This document shows positions 14,673 to 28,400 of a DNA stretch of 64,000 bases, one piece after another. How positions within the stretch are numbered: position 1 is the first letter of the stretch; each line of letters opens with the position of its first letter. The notes below the pieces were generated by a model. That model saw only the letters and a list, made by a program, of their open reading frames with translations, searched no databases and was not told the origin of the DNA. The position numbers were made by a program, and so were the translations under genes. Where the stretch lies: assembly GCA_951406725.2 (NCBI GenBank), contig OX597814.1:155496001-155560000 (forward strand), read 5' to 3'. This stretch comes from Octopus vulgaris (lineage: Eukaryota).

Positions 14673-15139
14673 AAAACATTCAAGTTGCTATAGATATCCA
14701 TAAAATAGACAAACACGATGGAAATGTACTGTTATGTAACTAAAGCTTAAAACAACTTGTTTCATTTACAATATCCTTAAGATCCTATCTAGAAAAGCAA
14801 GAAATGAAATAAGAACAAACGAATAAAAGAATTAGAAAGAGAACAGCGCAGGAATGTATTTAAAGGAATTTAATGTTTACTTTCCTTCAATGTATTTGAC
14901 TCCGTCATTACAAGAAAGATTAGTGCTTCAATATCAAAGAGAAGCTGCAAAACGCTGATATGTTTGTTTACGTTGAACACTGAAATTTATACCAATAAAA
15001 AAATGTTTTTTTTATTTTATTTTAACCTTCAATGAAAGGTTGTTGTATAATGTGGCTTTCTTTTTTAACTCTCAACTCCGCGTAGGAATGTGCTAAATGC
15101 TTAGTTGTCTGTTATGAATGCGTCTGCCTGAAAATAGGA

Positions 15140-15486
15140 AATGTGTGGGTGGTAAGAAGTTTGTTTCCCAACCATAGGATTCCGGGTCTAGTCCTAATCA
15201 CTACGTGGAAACCTTCGACAGCTGGTTTCTATTTTGAGCTTGGGCCGAACAAAGCCTCGTGAGTAGATTAGGAAGATGGAAACTGAAAGAAGCCTGTCAT
15301 ATAAATATTTGTATGTATGTTTGTTTGTCTCAGTGTTTTCCTCCAACATAACTTAACAAAAGCGGTTGAGTAAAAGAAGCCGACAAAATAAGTATCAGAT
15401 GGTTACAAAAATGGATGTACTGGCGTCGATTCTTCAAGGCGGTGTACCGGTGTGTCACAGTCTAATATGACTGAAGCAAATAAAAG

Positions 15487-15487
<1 letters not shown>
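15140..15487 (+). mobile_element. SINE family B copy (older, internally deleted)
   Basis: ggtaagaagtttgtttcccaacca...ggaaactgaaagaagcc...aaggcggtg...tgactgaagcaaataaaaga. Confidence 0.75.
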
Positions 15488-15543
<56 letters not shown>

Positions 15544-15755
15544 GAGATTGATAGATAGATAGACTGATGGGCAGAGAATAACACCAAAGAATTATTGTTA
15601 CTATCTGTTTCGGGTCCAAGTTTCTCGATTTTTCACTTGTTACCTGATAATTCGCTAAACTCGGAACAACAACGCAAAGCAAACCGAGTACGCTAACAAT
15701 TAATGACGCAAGGCTTCAGTACTGGGTATTTTGTTTTCAACATCAACTATGCATC

Positions 15756-15810
<55 letters not shown>

Positions 15811-15904
15811 CTGCGAATGGTTTTGTGTATCTATTTCCCAACAATCGCTTGACAAACGATGCAGGTGTGTCTACTTCGCCGTAACTTAGCGGTTCGGTGT
15901 ACGG

Positions 15905-16198
<294 letters not shown>

Positions 16199-16506
16199 AT
16201 ACACACACACATATATATACATATATATATACTTGTGCGTGTATACACTGACATGACTGAATTGAATAGACACACCCTTATGATTTTAAAAAATTATTTA
16301 AATCTGAAATTATACATTCAAATTATCATTAATTATTATAACGTGAATATTTAGTAGACATGCTCTTTGCATTTTCAATGCAAGAACTCCATTAGGCATG
16401 CTACTGAAGCATGCCTACTTATTTTGCCGGCTTCTTTTACTCAACCGCTTTTGTTTAGTTATGGTGGAGGAAAACAGTGAGACAAGGACACATGCACACA
16501 CATACA

Positions 16507-16990
16507 TTCTCTTGAAGAATTCCTTGCCAATTTTCATGCAGAAGTCTCAAAATATCTGGCTTTGAGGATGCTTTTTTGTTCTTTTTATGGAGTATCCTGC
16601 CCATTATGCACCAGAGATGTTCAATAGGGTTCACATCAGGTAACTGGCTTGGTCATGGAAGCTTTTCAATGCTGTACCAAGTCGTAAAAGACGGTAATGA
16701 GGTAATGGCCATGTTGCCTGAACAAGTATAATTGTTAGTTTCTAATTGGTTAAAATTACTGCCCATATTTGAATTCTAAACTTTAGTCAAAGAGAAATCT
16801 TTCACGAAATACGGTTCTTAGAATTCAGGTTTGAACAGTTATGAAAACCCTGATGTTTGGAAATTAATCAGTGATCGTTGGTTGTCAATAGACTCTACGA
16901 CACTCACCCTAGTGATACACGACACTCACTCCTTTGAGATATTCGCTCTTTTTATGCCATTCTCTTACTTAAAACCAACAAGACTTATTT
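16507..16990 (-). pseudogene. Tc1 (DD34E) transposase fragment
   Basis: Minus strand translates IEKLP*PSQLPDVNPIEHLWCIMGRILHKK...LLHENWQGI, matching the Tc1 WPSQSPDLNPIEHLW motif; upstream boundary uncertain. Confidence 0.8.
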
Positions 16991-18340
16991 GAATTGTTGT
17001 GCAAACTCTAGTAGTTTAGTATGAAAGAATTAGCTAGTAACTCTCTACGACAAATTTCTTTAACTTCTAAATGTATTGAAAATATTAAATGTACGTAAAT
17101 AAACTAATGTAGGAAATATTACACAGCCATGCTTACGTCTACGTTTTATTTCGATCATGACTATCCCACCTTATATGCATCTATGACCAAATTGTCTAGT
17201 ATTTTTTTACCTTAGTGTTGCAGTAGAGTGTGTTTTCAGGGCGATATATATGGTAATTTTGAAGCCCTAATGGCTACTTAAAAAAATGAAGGGTTATCTA
17301 TCCGTTAGATAGCTAAAACTAGTATTTGATGTGAAATTGCCTCTCAATCCTGTATCGAAACATTGCGTTTGAATTTAATGTTGGTCTTGTAGTGTATCAG
17401 CAAGTAGCAAAAGTTGATAAAGTTTCTGGAGATTTGGGACCTCATTGTTCCGCGCAATAAAACAATCCAATCTGATATTTACATGTTTCAATCATTCCAC
17501 TGTTCTATTTCCGGTAATATTAATAAACATATTAAATTGTTTAGACAATTTAAAATCAACGCCAGACGACTGGCTTATCAGAATGAGACACCAGATATTT
17601 GTATTTTTCTGAAGAGGAATAAAGTATTTTAAAAAAAAACAATTAAAAAACGACAACAACAAAGAATGTTTTGCAAATTCTGTAGAATAACCAGCAAACA
17701 AAGCTGATAAAAATAAAATATTGTATTGATTAAAATGATTTGATTGATTATAATTACTTTAAACGTAATTAATGCTATATTTTATTGAGCCAAGATAAAA
17801 CTGAAAACGATTTTTCCAATTCATTTTCGATCTAGGATATTATATAATTGTTGCATGTGGAGCATTGGCTGCCAACTTAGCAAATATAGTTTAATTATTG
17901 ACATAAACACTTTAACGAAGAGCAAAAATGTGTATATCATATTTCTGTACACGTTTGCAGACATTACTTGTGAAATGCTATTTACAATATAACAACTTCT
18001 AACATAACAATCTTTGTCTTGTAACGGATAGCATGTCAATTAGAGATTGGTTGTTGTTGTTATTGTGTACACCTACGATCAAGACGTTCCAGATATGACC
18101 ATACCATATTTTGTGGGGACAGTGTAGTGTTTGTTTCGAGGTAGATTTGGATACAAGTTCTAGCAATCCTAATAAACGTATGAAGGTTTTCTTATTGTAT
18201 AGTCACTTCTCAAGATGGGATCAAGCATCACATCACTAAGGCAGGATCGTTAGAGCTTCTGGGAAAGTGCATTATGGCATTTGTTCCGGCTCTCTGCTTT
18301 CTGAGTTCAAATCCATCCGAGATCAACTTTGCTTTTCATT

Positions 18341-18413
<73 letters not shown>
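18341..18413. repeat. (TAC)n microsatellite attached to a truncated family A SINE
   Basis: Directly visible; produces the poly-Y ORF. Confidence 0.95.
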
Positions 18414-19377
18414 CCTCTTTTAGAATTGGCTACAACTGACGAGATAGTGGATAGTGGTCATGCAAAAATCCTAAATAATACCGTCGAAAAACACTTAAAT
18501 TCTCTGAAGAGTATTCCATGCCCAGCACATTTTTCCTGTGAACGAAGTCCCCTGGGTTCATTCGTTGATTTGTCGCTTCTCTCCACCTGTCCTTCTCCAT
18601 AACTGATATATTATTCTCATAACATTATACACCTCCATTTCACAACCGAGAAGCGATTTATCGGCATGCCTTCCACACGCGGCATTAACGAACAATTCTT
18701 ATTAGCAAAAGAAGTATTTTGAACAGTTTGAAGAAATTGAATATACTTCTTCATCCACATTTTCTGACCTCAGACCTAGAATACACACGTTCACCTCTTC
18801 ACTGTTGGCTGTATTGAATATTATGAATTTTATTTCTATGAATGTGTCAATCATCCACACATTGAACATCAGTACACTGTTAATTGATCTTAACATATTA
18901 TATACATTTTTACAATTCTTTCCCTTATCTGACTCATTACTAAATACACACACAAGCAAACGCTAACCTATCTCAAATCCTTCGGCCTCGAACTAGAAGG
19001 TCATACAAGTATATCTAAACTCAGTGATTTATAATATTTTTCATATACTATCTACTCAAACAATTCGCACATTCACACTTCTCTTTCACTCCCTCCTTCT
19101 TTCCTAACTTACATACTCTCAACACTAGCGAACCGCTAGGTAAAAAAATAGAAAAATACTATATTTCATTTCCTCAGATAAGTGCTCAATCAGAAAATAT
19201 CAAATCCCTCTTTACTTCATGAAAACAATCTTCTCCAAACACATTAACTTTACTATAAAATAAAATTTTTGCTGATGTAGACAGTCACCAGCTTCCTCAA
19301 ACTCCATGACATATATTTCAAACAGTATGATTCAGTTCCGTGCTACGTCAAGTTTCGCAGGTACCTTCCGGCTGCTG

Positions 19378-19438
<61 letters not shown>

Positions 19439-19490
19439 TCCACACACACGCACATGTATAAGTAAATACACATATACTTATATGCATATA

Positions 19491-19917
19491 TCTTTTACTT
19501 CTCTCGATCATCAGTCTGCGACCATGCAGAGGCACCGCCTCGAAGAAATTTAGTCGAACGAATCGGGCTGAGTATTCATGTTTTCATCCTGGTACTTATT
19601 CTATCGGTCTTCTTACCAATCCGCTAAGTTACGGGGACGTAAACACACCAACACCGGTTGTCAAGCGGTGGCGGGGGGGAAGCCTGACATAGGCATAGGC
19701 ACACAGTCACAGACATACGCACACAAGCGTACAAACACACACAAACACACACACATATGACGGGCTTATTTCAGTTTCCACTTACCAAACCTACTCATAA
19801 GAATTAGGTTGGTTTGAGACTATAGTAGACACCTGCCCAAGGTGCCTCGCAGCGGAACTGGAGCCGGACACATGTTGTTTGGAAATAAACTTTTTACCAC
19901 AAAGCCACGCCTGTGCT
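19491..19917 (-). mobile_element. SINE family B copy
   Basis: Reverse complement of family B blocks (ccgctaagttacggggacgtaaacacacca, ttcagtttcc, gcccaaggtgcc). Confidence 0.85.
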
Positions 19918-20093
19918 TATATATATATATATATGAGTAGGCATAGATACACACACGCATGCACACATACATACACACACATATAGGTGTGAGTGTGCTT
20001 GTCTCTATGCATGTTATTATTTGTGCGTTCGTATACAGTTAGGAAGGTATGCATTTTTATGGGCACATCTCTAATCTAAAATGCCATACTTTT

Positions 20094-20201
<108 letters not shown>

Positions 20202-21452
20202 CATGCACGCAAAATCTCATAGAAGATTCGGTAAGTTAAAAGATGCATAAAAGGTAATAGTTTTTTTGAAGAATTTATTATATACTATAGTAGTATTTGC
20301 GAAACTGTTGTCAAATTACATTAATCCTAAAGTTCGTCACAAGGGTAAATTGATTATAGAATTCTCACTCAGTGAGAAGTTGAATGAGTAATTTCGGCTT
20401 AGAATGTCTGGGGAGTAATTTAAGAATAATAAATATCACCTTCATGGCCCAAACGCCTTCAGAACGCAATTCAACTCTCTATAATATATTCTCAATAGTG
20501 AATCTATTATCAAAGAAAATATATATCTGAAACAGTTCGGTAATGAAATCCTTACAGTATTGTATGTAAATTGAACTTTACGATAATAGAGTCGCTCACA
20601 TTTCTCAAGAACAACAAACGTCTAGAAGATAAGGGTGAATGAAAAAGAAAAGACGAAGGCTACTGTGACTGTGACTGAATTATTTATTTAGCAAGTAAGG
20701 TTCCGTTAACATCTCACTTGCGTATAGCCGTGAAACAAATAATTTCTTCAAAAGCTTCTCTATCGATATGTTGATATTAAGCAATCTCTGGCCTTTTTTT
20801 TTCCAATGGTCAACTTAAATTCTCAATATTTTGTAATACTATTCTGATAATTGAATTGTATTGGAAGAAACAAAAACAAAAAAAATATTAATTAAAGATA
20901 AACAAGTTTTCACTTGACAGATACTGTTAATTCGTTATGCCTTATCGATATATTGATGCAGACACAAATAGCCAAAACGTTCCATATAACCTTCACTGTA
21001 AGGAGCTAATGTCTAACGTGTTATTAAAATTTATCAAGTACTATTTTACTCTTAATGGATTATGTATCAAAAATCAACAACATAGTTTGTCGGATCCGAA
21101 ATGTCAGATTAGAAATAATAACGAGAGCATTTTATTGGACATCATTGATGGAATTTAAATTCTAAATTTCCATTAAGTTTAGGAAATTAATCAAGACGAA
21201 TGTATTTTAGTAAATGGAATTTCTTCCAGAAATCAGATATTTTGTATTAAAAAGTACACCGAAAAGGTTTGTGCCGAATATATCAACCAAACTATTTTAA
21301 ATATTGATAATTAAAGTAAATTTTGGTTTCTTATGAATAAATCATGAAATTGAAACATCATGATTTAAATACAATCAACATTATGCCTTATATAATTCCC
21401 AAAACATTTATGTGTTATACACACACGGACTCACACAAACAGACATATACAT

Positions 21453-21490
<38 letters not shown>

Positions 21491-22109
21491 GTGTGTATGT
21501 ATATACATATATATACACAAAGATACATACATGTGTACATATATATATATACTATATATATATTGTTGCTATTACATTAAACTGTCGTATGCACAAATTT
21601 AGCCAAAAGTGTTTTTCTTTCAATATTTGTTTTTCCTTGCATTAGCCGGTTCTTTTGGTCAAACTATCGTATCTGCAGCTGCTTCAGATTCCAAGATATC
21701 AAACATTGTCAAAGTGTAGTACAACGGTTTTGCTACGAAATGGTGAAACATTTTTTTTTCGTTTTCAGAATATGTCACGTTTTGGGCTTATGGCACTTTA
21801 GCATAATAGCAACGATATATATTGCATATCCAAATATGTTTATGAATATGTATATTCATATCGAAAGATAGATATATTTATTTATTCATTTGTTTATACA
21901 AAATGAATTGGACATTATCCTATCCACGATACCATACTAGCGAACATCCTCGCAGCATGTACAGACGAAGACAATAGTATCAAACACCAAATGAGTCAAC
22001 AACCAGCACATCCGACCAGCCACAGAAGAGCTCTATGGAAATGGTAGAGGCCTAGAATGACTGCAGCCGCACGGCTGCAACATATTAGAATATGAAAGAG
22101 TAAAAGAAT

Positions 22110-22520
22110 AGGCGTAGGAGTGGTAAGTAGCTTGCTTATGAATCACATGGTTCCGGGTTCAGTTCCACTGCGTGGACTCTTGGGCAAACGTCTTCTGCTA
22201 TAGCCTCGGGCCGATCAAAGCCTTGTGAGTGGATTTGGTAGACGGAAACTGAAAGAAGCCCATCGTATATATATGTATATATCTGTATGTGTGTGTATGT
22301 GTATATGTTTGGGTGTATATGTTTGTCACCCCAACATCGCTTGAAAACCGATGCTGGTGTGTTTACGTCCCCGTAACTTAGCGGTTCGGCAAAAGAGACC
22401 GATAGAATAAGTACTAGGCTTACAAGAATAAGTCCTGGGATCGATTTGCTCGACTAAAGGAGGTGATCCAGCATGGCCACAGTCTAATGACTGAAACAAA
22501 TAAAAGGGTAAAAGAGTCAA
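22110..22520 (+). mobile_element. SINE family B, best-preserved copy
   Basis: ggcgtaggagtggtaagtagcttgctt head, gggttcagttcc B-box-like motif, internal (TA/TG)n spacer, tail ccagcatggccacagtctaatgactgaaacaaataaaagg. Confidence 0.9.
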
Positions 22521-22647
22521 AGAGAATACACACACACACTCAATTTTACTACTAGTTTAACCCCAGGCAGATTCTCTGCCAGCTGGTTTTCGATGCAAAA
22601 CTCTGCATCCTTTATATACAATATATCTCTAGCAAACCCCTACTAAT

Positions 22648-22731
22648 CTCCATCAGCTAACAGGATCACGGGACTTGTCCAGTTTCGAGCTAGTTGGCTC
22701 TTCGTCAGCCGCGCACACCTGTGCAATGGAG
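22648..22731 (-). ncRNA. Type I hammerhead ribozyme motif
   Basis: Minus strand: acagg-tgtg-cgcgg CUGACGA a GAGC caacua GCUC GAAA CU ggaca AG UC ccgtg-at-cctgt. Intact CUGANGA/GAAA/GUC core, three paired stems, internal loop in stem I, further ctccat/atggag pairing. Confidence 0.82.
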
Positions 22732-22854
22732 TGATAGATAAGATCCGCCTCTGCCAGCAATATATGGTATACAAAGTGACCATCTGTCACTGATTTGCAA
22801 CAAAATAGCTAAAATCTCAAGAAGAGATCAGTGTAGTAACTATACTAAACAGAT

Positions 22855-22983
22855 TTATCAACCCCTAATGGATGAAATGCAAAGTCAACCTCGGTGGAAT
22901 TTGATCTCAGAACGTAGCGACGAGCGAAATGCTGCTAAGCATTTCGTCCAGCACGCTAACAATTCTGCCAGCTCGCCGCCTTA
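22855..22983 (-). mobile_element. SINE family A copy
   Basis: Reverse complement of the ggcggcgagctggcagaattgttagcgtgc head. Confidence 0.85.
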
Positions 22984-23003
22984 ATAAATATAATAATAAT
23001 AAC

Positions 23004-23234
23004 TAATCCTTGGATGGAATTTATAAATATTTAATGCATCGCTACGCTCGTTTCCACGTATTACATGTCTCTTAATATCACAGTCCGTATTCCTGAGATG
23101 ATTATTGTGCAATCCATAGTATCCGGACTGCACTGTAATCATCCCAGGAATACGGACTCTGATCTTAAAAGACGTGATATGAGGAAGCGCGCGTAGTGAC
23201 GCATTAAATGTTTATGGATTCCATCCGAGGATTA
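23004..23234. repeat. Imperfect palindrome / foldback MITE-like element, arms about 110 bp
   Basis: taatccttggatggaat...gtccgtattcctgagatgatta...gcaatcc pairs with ggactgcac...taatcatcccaggaatacggac...attccatccgaggatta; 9-bp loop. Confidence 0.85.
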
Positions 23235-24366
23235 TTGTAATTATATATATGTATGTGTGTGTGTTCGTGTGTGTGTGTGTGTATGTGTGTGTGTGTATGT
23301 GTGTATGTGTGCATGCATGTATAGGGTGCAACGTCACTTCCATGTGGTAGTTGGGATTGACTTCCATTAATATCTCTGCAACACGTGGGTTCTCGTTATA
23401 TGTAGAACTATTACGATGGTATTTTCCTTTAGTTATTATTCAATATTTATAGTTTGTAAGTGTATATATTGATTTAACTACATATATATTTATTTATCCT
23501 ATAATTTGGGTAACTTGAGTGGGTCCCAAGTAACCAGCTTGTTTGTCATTTACCTATAATGGATTAGTTATCATCATGCAGCTAGGACGTGTTATTAGTT
23601 ATTTATTTCAATTATAGATATTTGTATATGTATTTAAATGCTCATATCTATCTATCGTCCTATCTATAATATATTTTAAATGTCATTTAATAATATATCT
23701 CTTTTTTATTCTTTTGTTTTGATTTTACTAAGCAATTTATTTGGTTAATATATTTACACTGTTGAACTGGCTTCATAGATATTTATCTAAGCTTGTCCGT
23801 TTCCTTGTACATTGTTCGAGGGAGTTGTGTACTGTACCACTAGCTTATTTTGGCTTTCTTTTTGGTGTGATATCATGCTGGAGATGAGATGTTGATTGAG
23901 AAGCTAAGAATTTCGTAGTCTATATTTGTAGTGTCCGAAATTCCTTTTGTTATAAGTTCTTTTTTATCAGTACTATAGGGTAGCTCAAAGTAATAACTAT
24001 TTGTTTATTCTGATGTTGTTACTTGTAGTAATAAGCTATAAGATTCTCAGGCAGCGTTTGTATTTTGAACGCATGACACTGCTGCATTGAATAGTACTGT
24101 CTAGTTGTCTACACCATAGTGATATCTGTTTTGCAGCAGCTGATGGGAATACACTTATGTTATTCTTAATTGTTAATTTTTTATGTCTTAATCTCGTTAT
24201 TCTGATTTGTTCTTCATTCTTGCAAAGTGGAGAGTGTTTTTCGATTCAAAGTTTGTGGATATCACTTTCATTAGCATTGTTTGATTTTGTTCATAAGTAA
24301 TCTCATTTGGTTTAGATCATGCTTACATATTGGTGTCTAGTTTTGTGGCCAATATATCTATATATA

Positions 24367-25458
24367 TCTATATATATAAAACTCAACTTGTGTGTCTGTG
24401 TGTGTATCTGTGTGTGTGTCTCTGTGTTTAACTTCCCGGCACATCTCCTCCTAGCCAACAAATCGTAGAACCACCAAAAATGAGTCACTTAAAGTTTAGG
24501 CGAAAGAAAATTGAACTGCGCTATTTCTGTTCCGAAATTCATCTCGCAAGTGCAAAAATCGATAATGTGTTTGTTTTGGCCTTATCCCATGCATTGAATA
24601 GTGAACTTTACTCAGTCAACTGTTTGACTTGAACTGTGTTCACCACGCGTACAAGCGTGTGTAAATTGCATGAAAAATAAAAAATCAAGATATAAAAGCG
24701 AATCGCCGTAAACATTGTAGAATTTCAGCAAAGAAATGAATTTTGGGGATGTAGCCTGGAAGGTTTTTTCGTATTAATCGTTTGGACTTTGTGAACACAT
24801 ACCAATTGTTTTCATAACATTTTTAACGCTTTGAATTAAATGTGACCATTTTGCGTTGAGTCTGCAGTTTGAATCACTTTAACCAAATTTTAGCAGGCCG
24901 GATTTTTGATCATCACAATACATCGCCAGCGACTCCCTGAAACTCTCTCCTGAAATCCCCGTTGAGAAATCTAAATATATAAAACTCAACTTGTGTGTCT
25001 GTGTGTGTATCTGTGTGTGTGTCTGTGTGTTTAAGTTTTGGATCTACCAAGTTTCATTATTAAGGATGGAAAGTAGTGTGTAGCAAATCTATATATATAA
25101 AGCTGAAGTTGTCTATGTGTGGCAGGTTTGGTAGCCTTCAATTAACACTATCTCCTTCGAGACCCTGCAGTGCAAGTTGACCAAAATTCAGAGTATGATA
25201 GAAGATGGATTGCTCTACATTCTGTAGAAGATAAAATTCAAATCGGACCATGTTAAAGCCAAAAATTACTCACATCACAAAGGTGCTTTTTTTCTTACGA
25301 TTTTTGACTGCTCTGTCACCATTTTTCGGTGTATTTCAAGTGGAAAAATATTCACTTGAAGAGAATAACAAGTTGCATAATGCAAAATTTTTACTTTTCA
25401 AAAATTCCAATTCTAAAGGGTCGGAACAAACCCAAGCAACACCGGGTGATACTGCTAG
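24367..25458 (+). mobile_element. Composite non-autonomous Helitron
   Basis: Three A|TCta.atatataaa 5' ends (24367, 24970, 25088) and one 3' end, acccaagcaacaccgggt hairpin then CTAG|T at 25455-25458. Confidence 0.75.
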
Positions 25459-25490
<32 letters not shown>

Positions 25491-28400
25491 CATGTATGTA
25501 CGTATGTATATGTGTGTGTGTGCGTGCGTATATATACATATATATATATTTATTTGTTTATTTGTAAGTATATAGATAGTTATGTATGCATTTGTTTATA
25601 TATATACATATATGAGGTTACGCATTTACGAAGTGTTTTGCTTATAATGAATATAATCATCGAATAAAAATGAAATCATTGAATCAGAAAGTTACTTTGA
25701 AGTGGTTCAGGACTTTTAAAATCGTGGTCGAGTATCATGTGAGTACATCTGGTTACAATAAAAGCTCCCGATATTGTCTGGTATGAGAATCTCATGGCTA
25801 AGTTACCCTCATGCAGTTTATATATTTTCTTCTTTCTTATACTAGAAGCTACATGCTATAGCGTAACAGTTCTGTGAGTCTCGAGAACTGTATCCATGCC
25901 CAGCAAACTTGTGATTCCAATGTGATCGTAATTTTCCTTAAATGTCTTGTATGCATTATTACACACACACACGCACAAACGCACACAACAAACTCTCTCT
26001 GTCACATGTACACCCAATGAATTAATATATGGTCGTGCATACAATTACAAGAGAAAATCAATCAATATACAATAGGAAAATAATATTCAAATAGAAACTG
26101 AAGCTCAATAATACGACTCAGAATTTTACATTTCAGTTCGTTAGGTGACACTCGGAGTCGTATTTCCGGAGTGTCAATATCTATTATACACTCACACGCG
26201 TACGCTTACCCACGCACTCATGCGCACACATACACACTGACAGAAACACACAAACGTAAGAAAGGCTTCGCTCGTAACCCTCATACGTCTTTCACGATAT
26301 ACATCACAATTATTCTCCCTCAAATGTGTTGAACACATATTCATAAAGATCATGAATTATTTGAATATTTTCCCCATGTCTATAGAGGGAAATATATAGG
26401 AGGAAAACATTACTTCTGATACGTAATATAAAGGAAATAAGCGTGGTTTTCCTTCGCAGAAGATTTTTGTCTGCCGAACATTTTACCTGAAAATAAAAAA
26501 AGTATGTAAACATCCTCCGCATACACATGAACACAGACCCGTACATGCATATAAACATACACGCACGCACGCACATACACTTACACTCACTTGCACCACA
26601 CACATACACACGCAAGCAAAATGGCATATAGCTACCTCTTTTATGTTTAAAGTATACTTAGCAGTATCCATGGAAATTCCACGGCCCATTTTTGTGGTAT
26701 AATATCAGCTATAAACATCTCGCCTGTCAGTAATAATATAGTGTCATTTCCTTTATAAAGTTACGTGAATTCAATTTTATTTATCTAAGAGTACTACACT
26801 GACTTAGTATGTAAGTATATTATAGTATGATAATGAGCAAAATAAAATTTGTGCTGTAGGATTTAATATTTTATTGGCAAGGAAGAGGTTTCTATCTTTT
26901 AATACTTTATTTTTTATTGCAGTACGCGTTAACATATATAACTGAAATACTGGAACTTTAATTGCATGGTAAGTTATATGCCTGTACAATTTAAAATACA
27001 TGAATTCTATCATAAAAATAAGTTGAACCAATCAAAAGGACATATACCTGACAAAAGATAAAGCAAATCCAAATAAAACATTTTGTGCACTAGGACCTAT
27101 ATTTGTGCTTCCATAACAAAATTGCAGAATTTTCTTGATTATATCTTGCCAAGTGTTTTAATTGGTGTCTTCTGTATTCATATGTATGTGTATGTAGTTG
27201 TATTCTTGTTTTAGTGCTTGTGACCGTGTATGTCTTTATAACTTTTTATCTCTGTCCTATGATGGCAAAAGTAAAAAAGGTTATGGCGATAGATAGACTC
27301 ACACACATACGTGGATGCACACCGCAGCAAACTCACATCTTCACACGTACGTGAATATATATGGGCATAAGAAACTACTACTTGCTATGTTAGTATTGGT
27401 GGGCAAGATAGCAACATCGGTTGTTATGGCAACAGTGATGGTGGAATCAGTGTTGTTAATAATGGTGTTAATGATGTACAGAAAATGATACAGGGAGGGA
27501 GAAAAGAATAAAATAATAAAATAACTAAAATGCAATGAGATTCACCAAGCCTCTCACTTCTTAGAATACACTCCTTTCTCCCTTGATATCATACTTTCAC
27601 CATCATCAAGACCAATGTTATCGCTGGGCTCTCTACCTTATATTTTGAATTACTTCCTTGAGCATTACACACATTTTCCAAAGCTAGGAAAACTGATAAA
27701 ATATACAGTTGTATTGTTGTTGCACAATGTAAATAGTGGGGAGTTACACAGAAAATCCATTTATCGGATTTATATGTGTTTCTGGTATTCCTTAACTTTC
27801 GTTAGAACTTGTTTCACAATCCGATCGTGGTAGTAAATAAAATTAGGGAATATTTTTCTTCAAAAAGCCGAGTTGATATTCGTAGAGTTGGTAGTTTCAC
27901 AGTATATCTATATATCACTAATACACTACGCCAAAACATACAAAAATCAGTATTTCAATAAGCCAGATTGCCTTGCTAAGAATTATAATGTAATTCCCGA
28001 ATTTCATATCTATAAGTTAGACGTGTAGAAAGATATTTTAACGAGTTGTGCATTAAAAGGACATAAGATTCTACAAGGGATGACGATGTCCTAAATAAGA
28101 AATGAATAATCTATTATAAAAAAAATCTGGGATTGTTGCTTGGGTGTGAATGTTTAAACCACTTTATATGTATGGTGGGTTTGAAATCTGAATAAGAGCA
28201 AAATATCTCGAACAAGCGAAGACAAAGTATCTCCCCTGAATTTTCAAGTAAAATACGAATGATGAATTATGCAAAATTATTTCTTAAAATATATGAATGT
28301 TATTTCTTTGATGATTAAAAAAAACTTTTATTTTGACATATGGTTATCTTGATACTGCAACTAAAGCATACAACCAAAATAGTTTATCATTTTGTCTCAT

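Noticed and set aside
18560-18960. 85-aa ORF and possible decayed RT (MFNVWMID)
   Set aside because: No second convincing motif; not assignable.
23320-24350. Possible I-clade LINE RNase H remnant (ITRLR and GNGQA motifs on the minus strand)
   Set aside because: Motifs are in the wrong order and too short.
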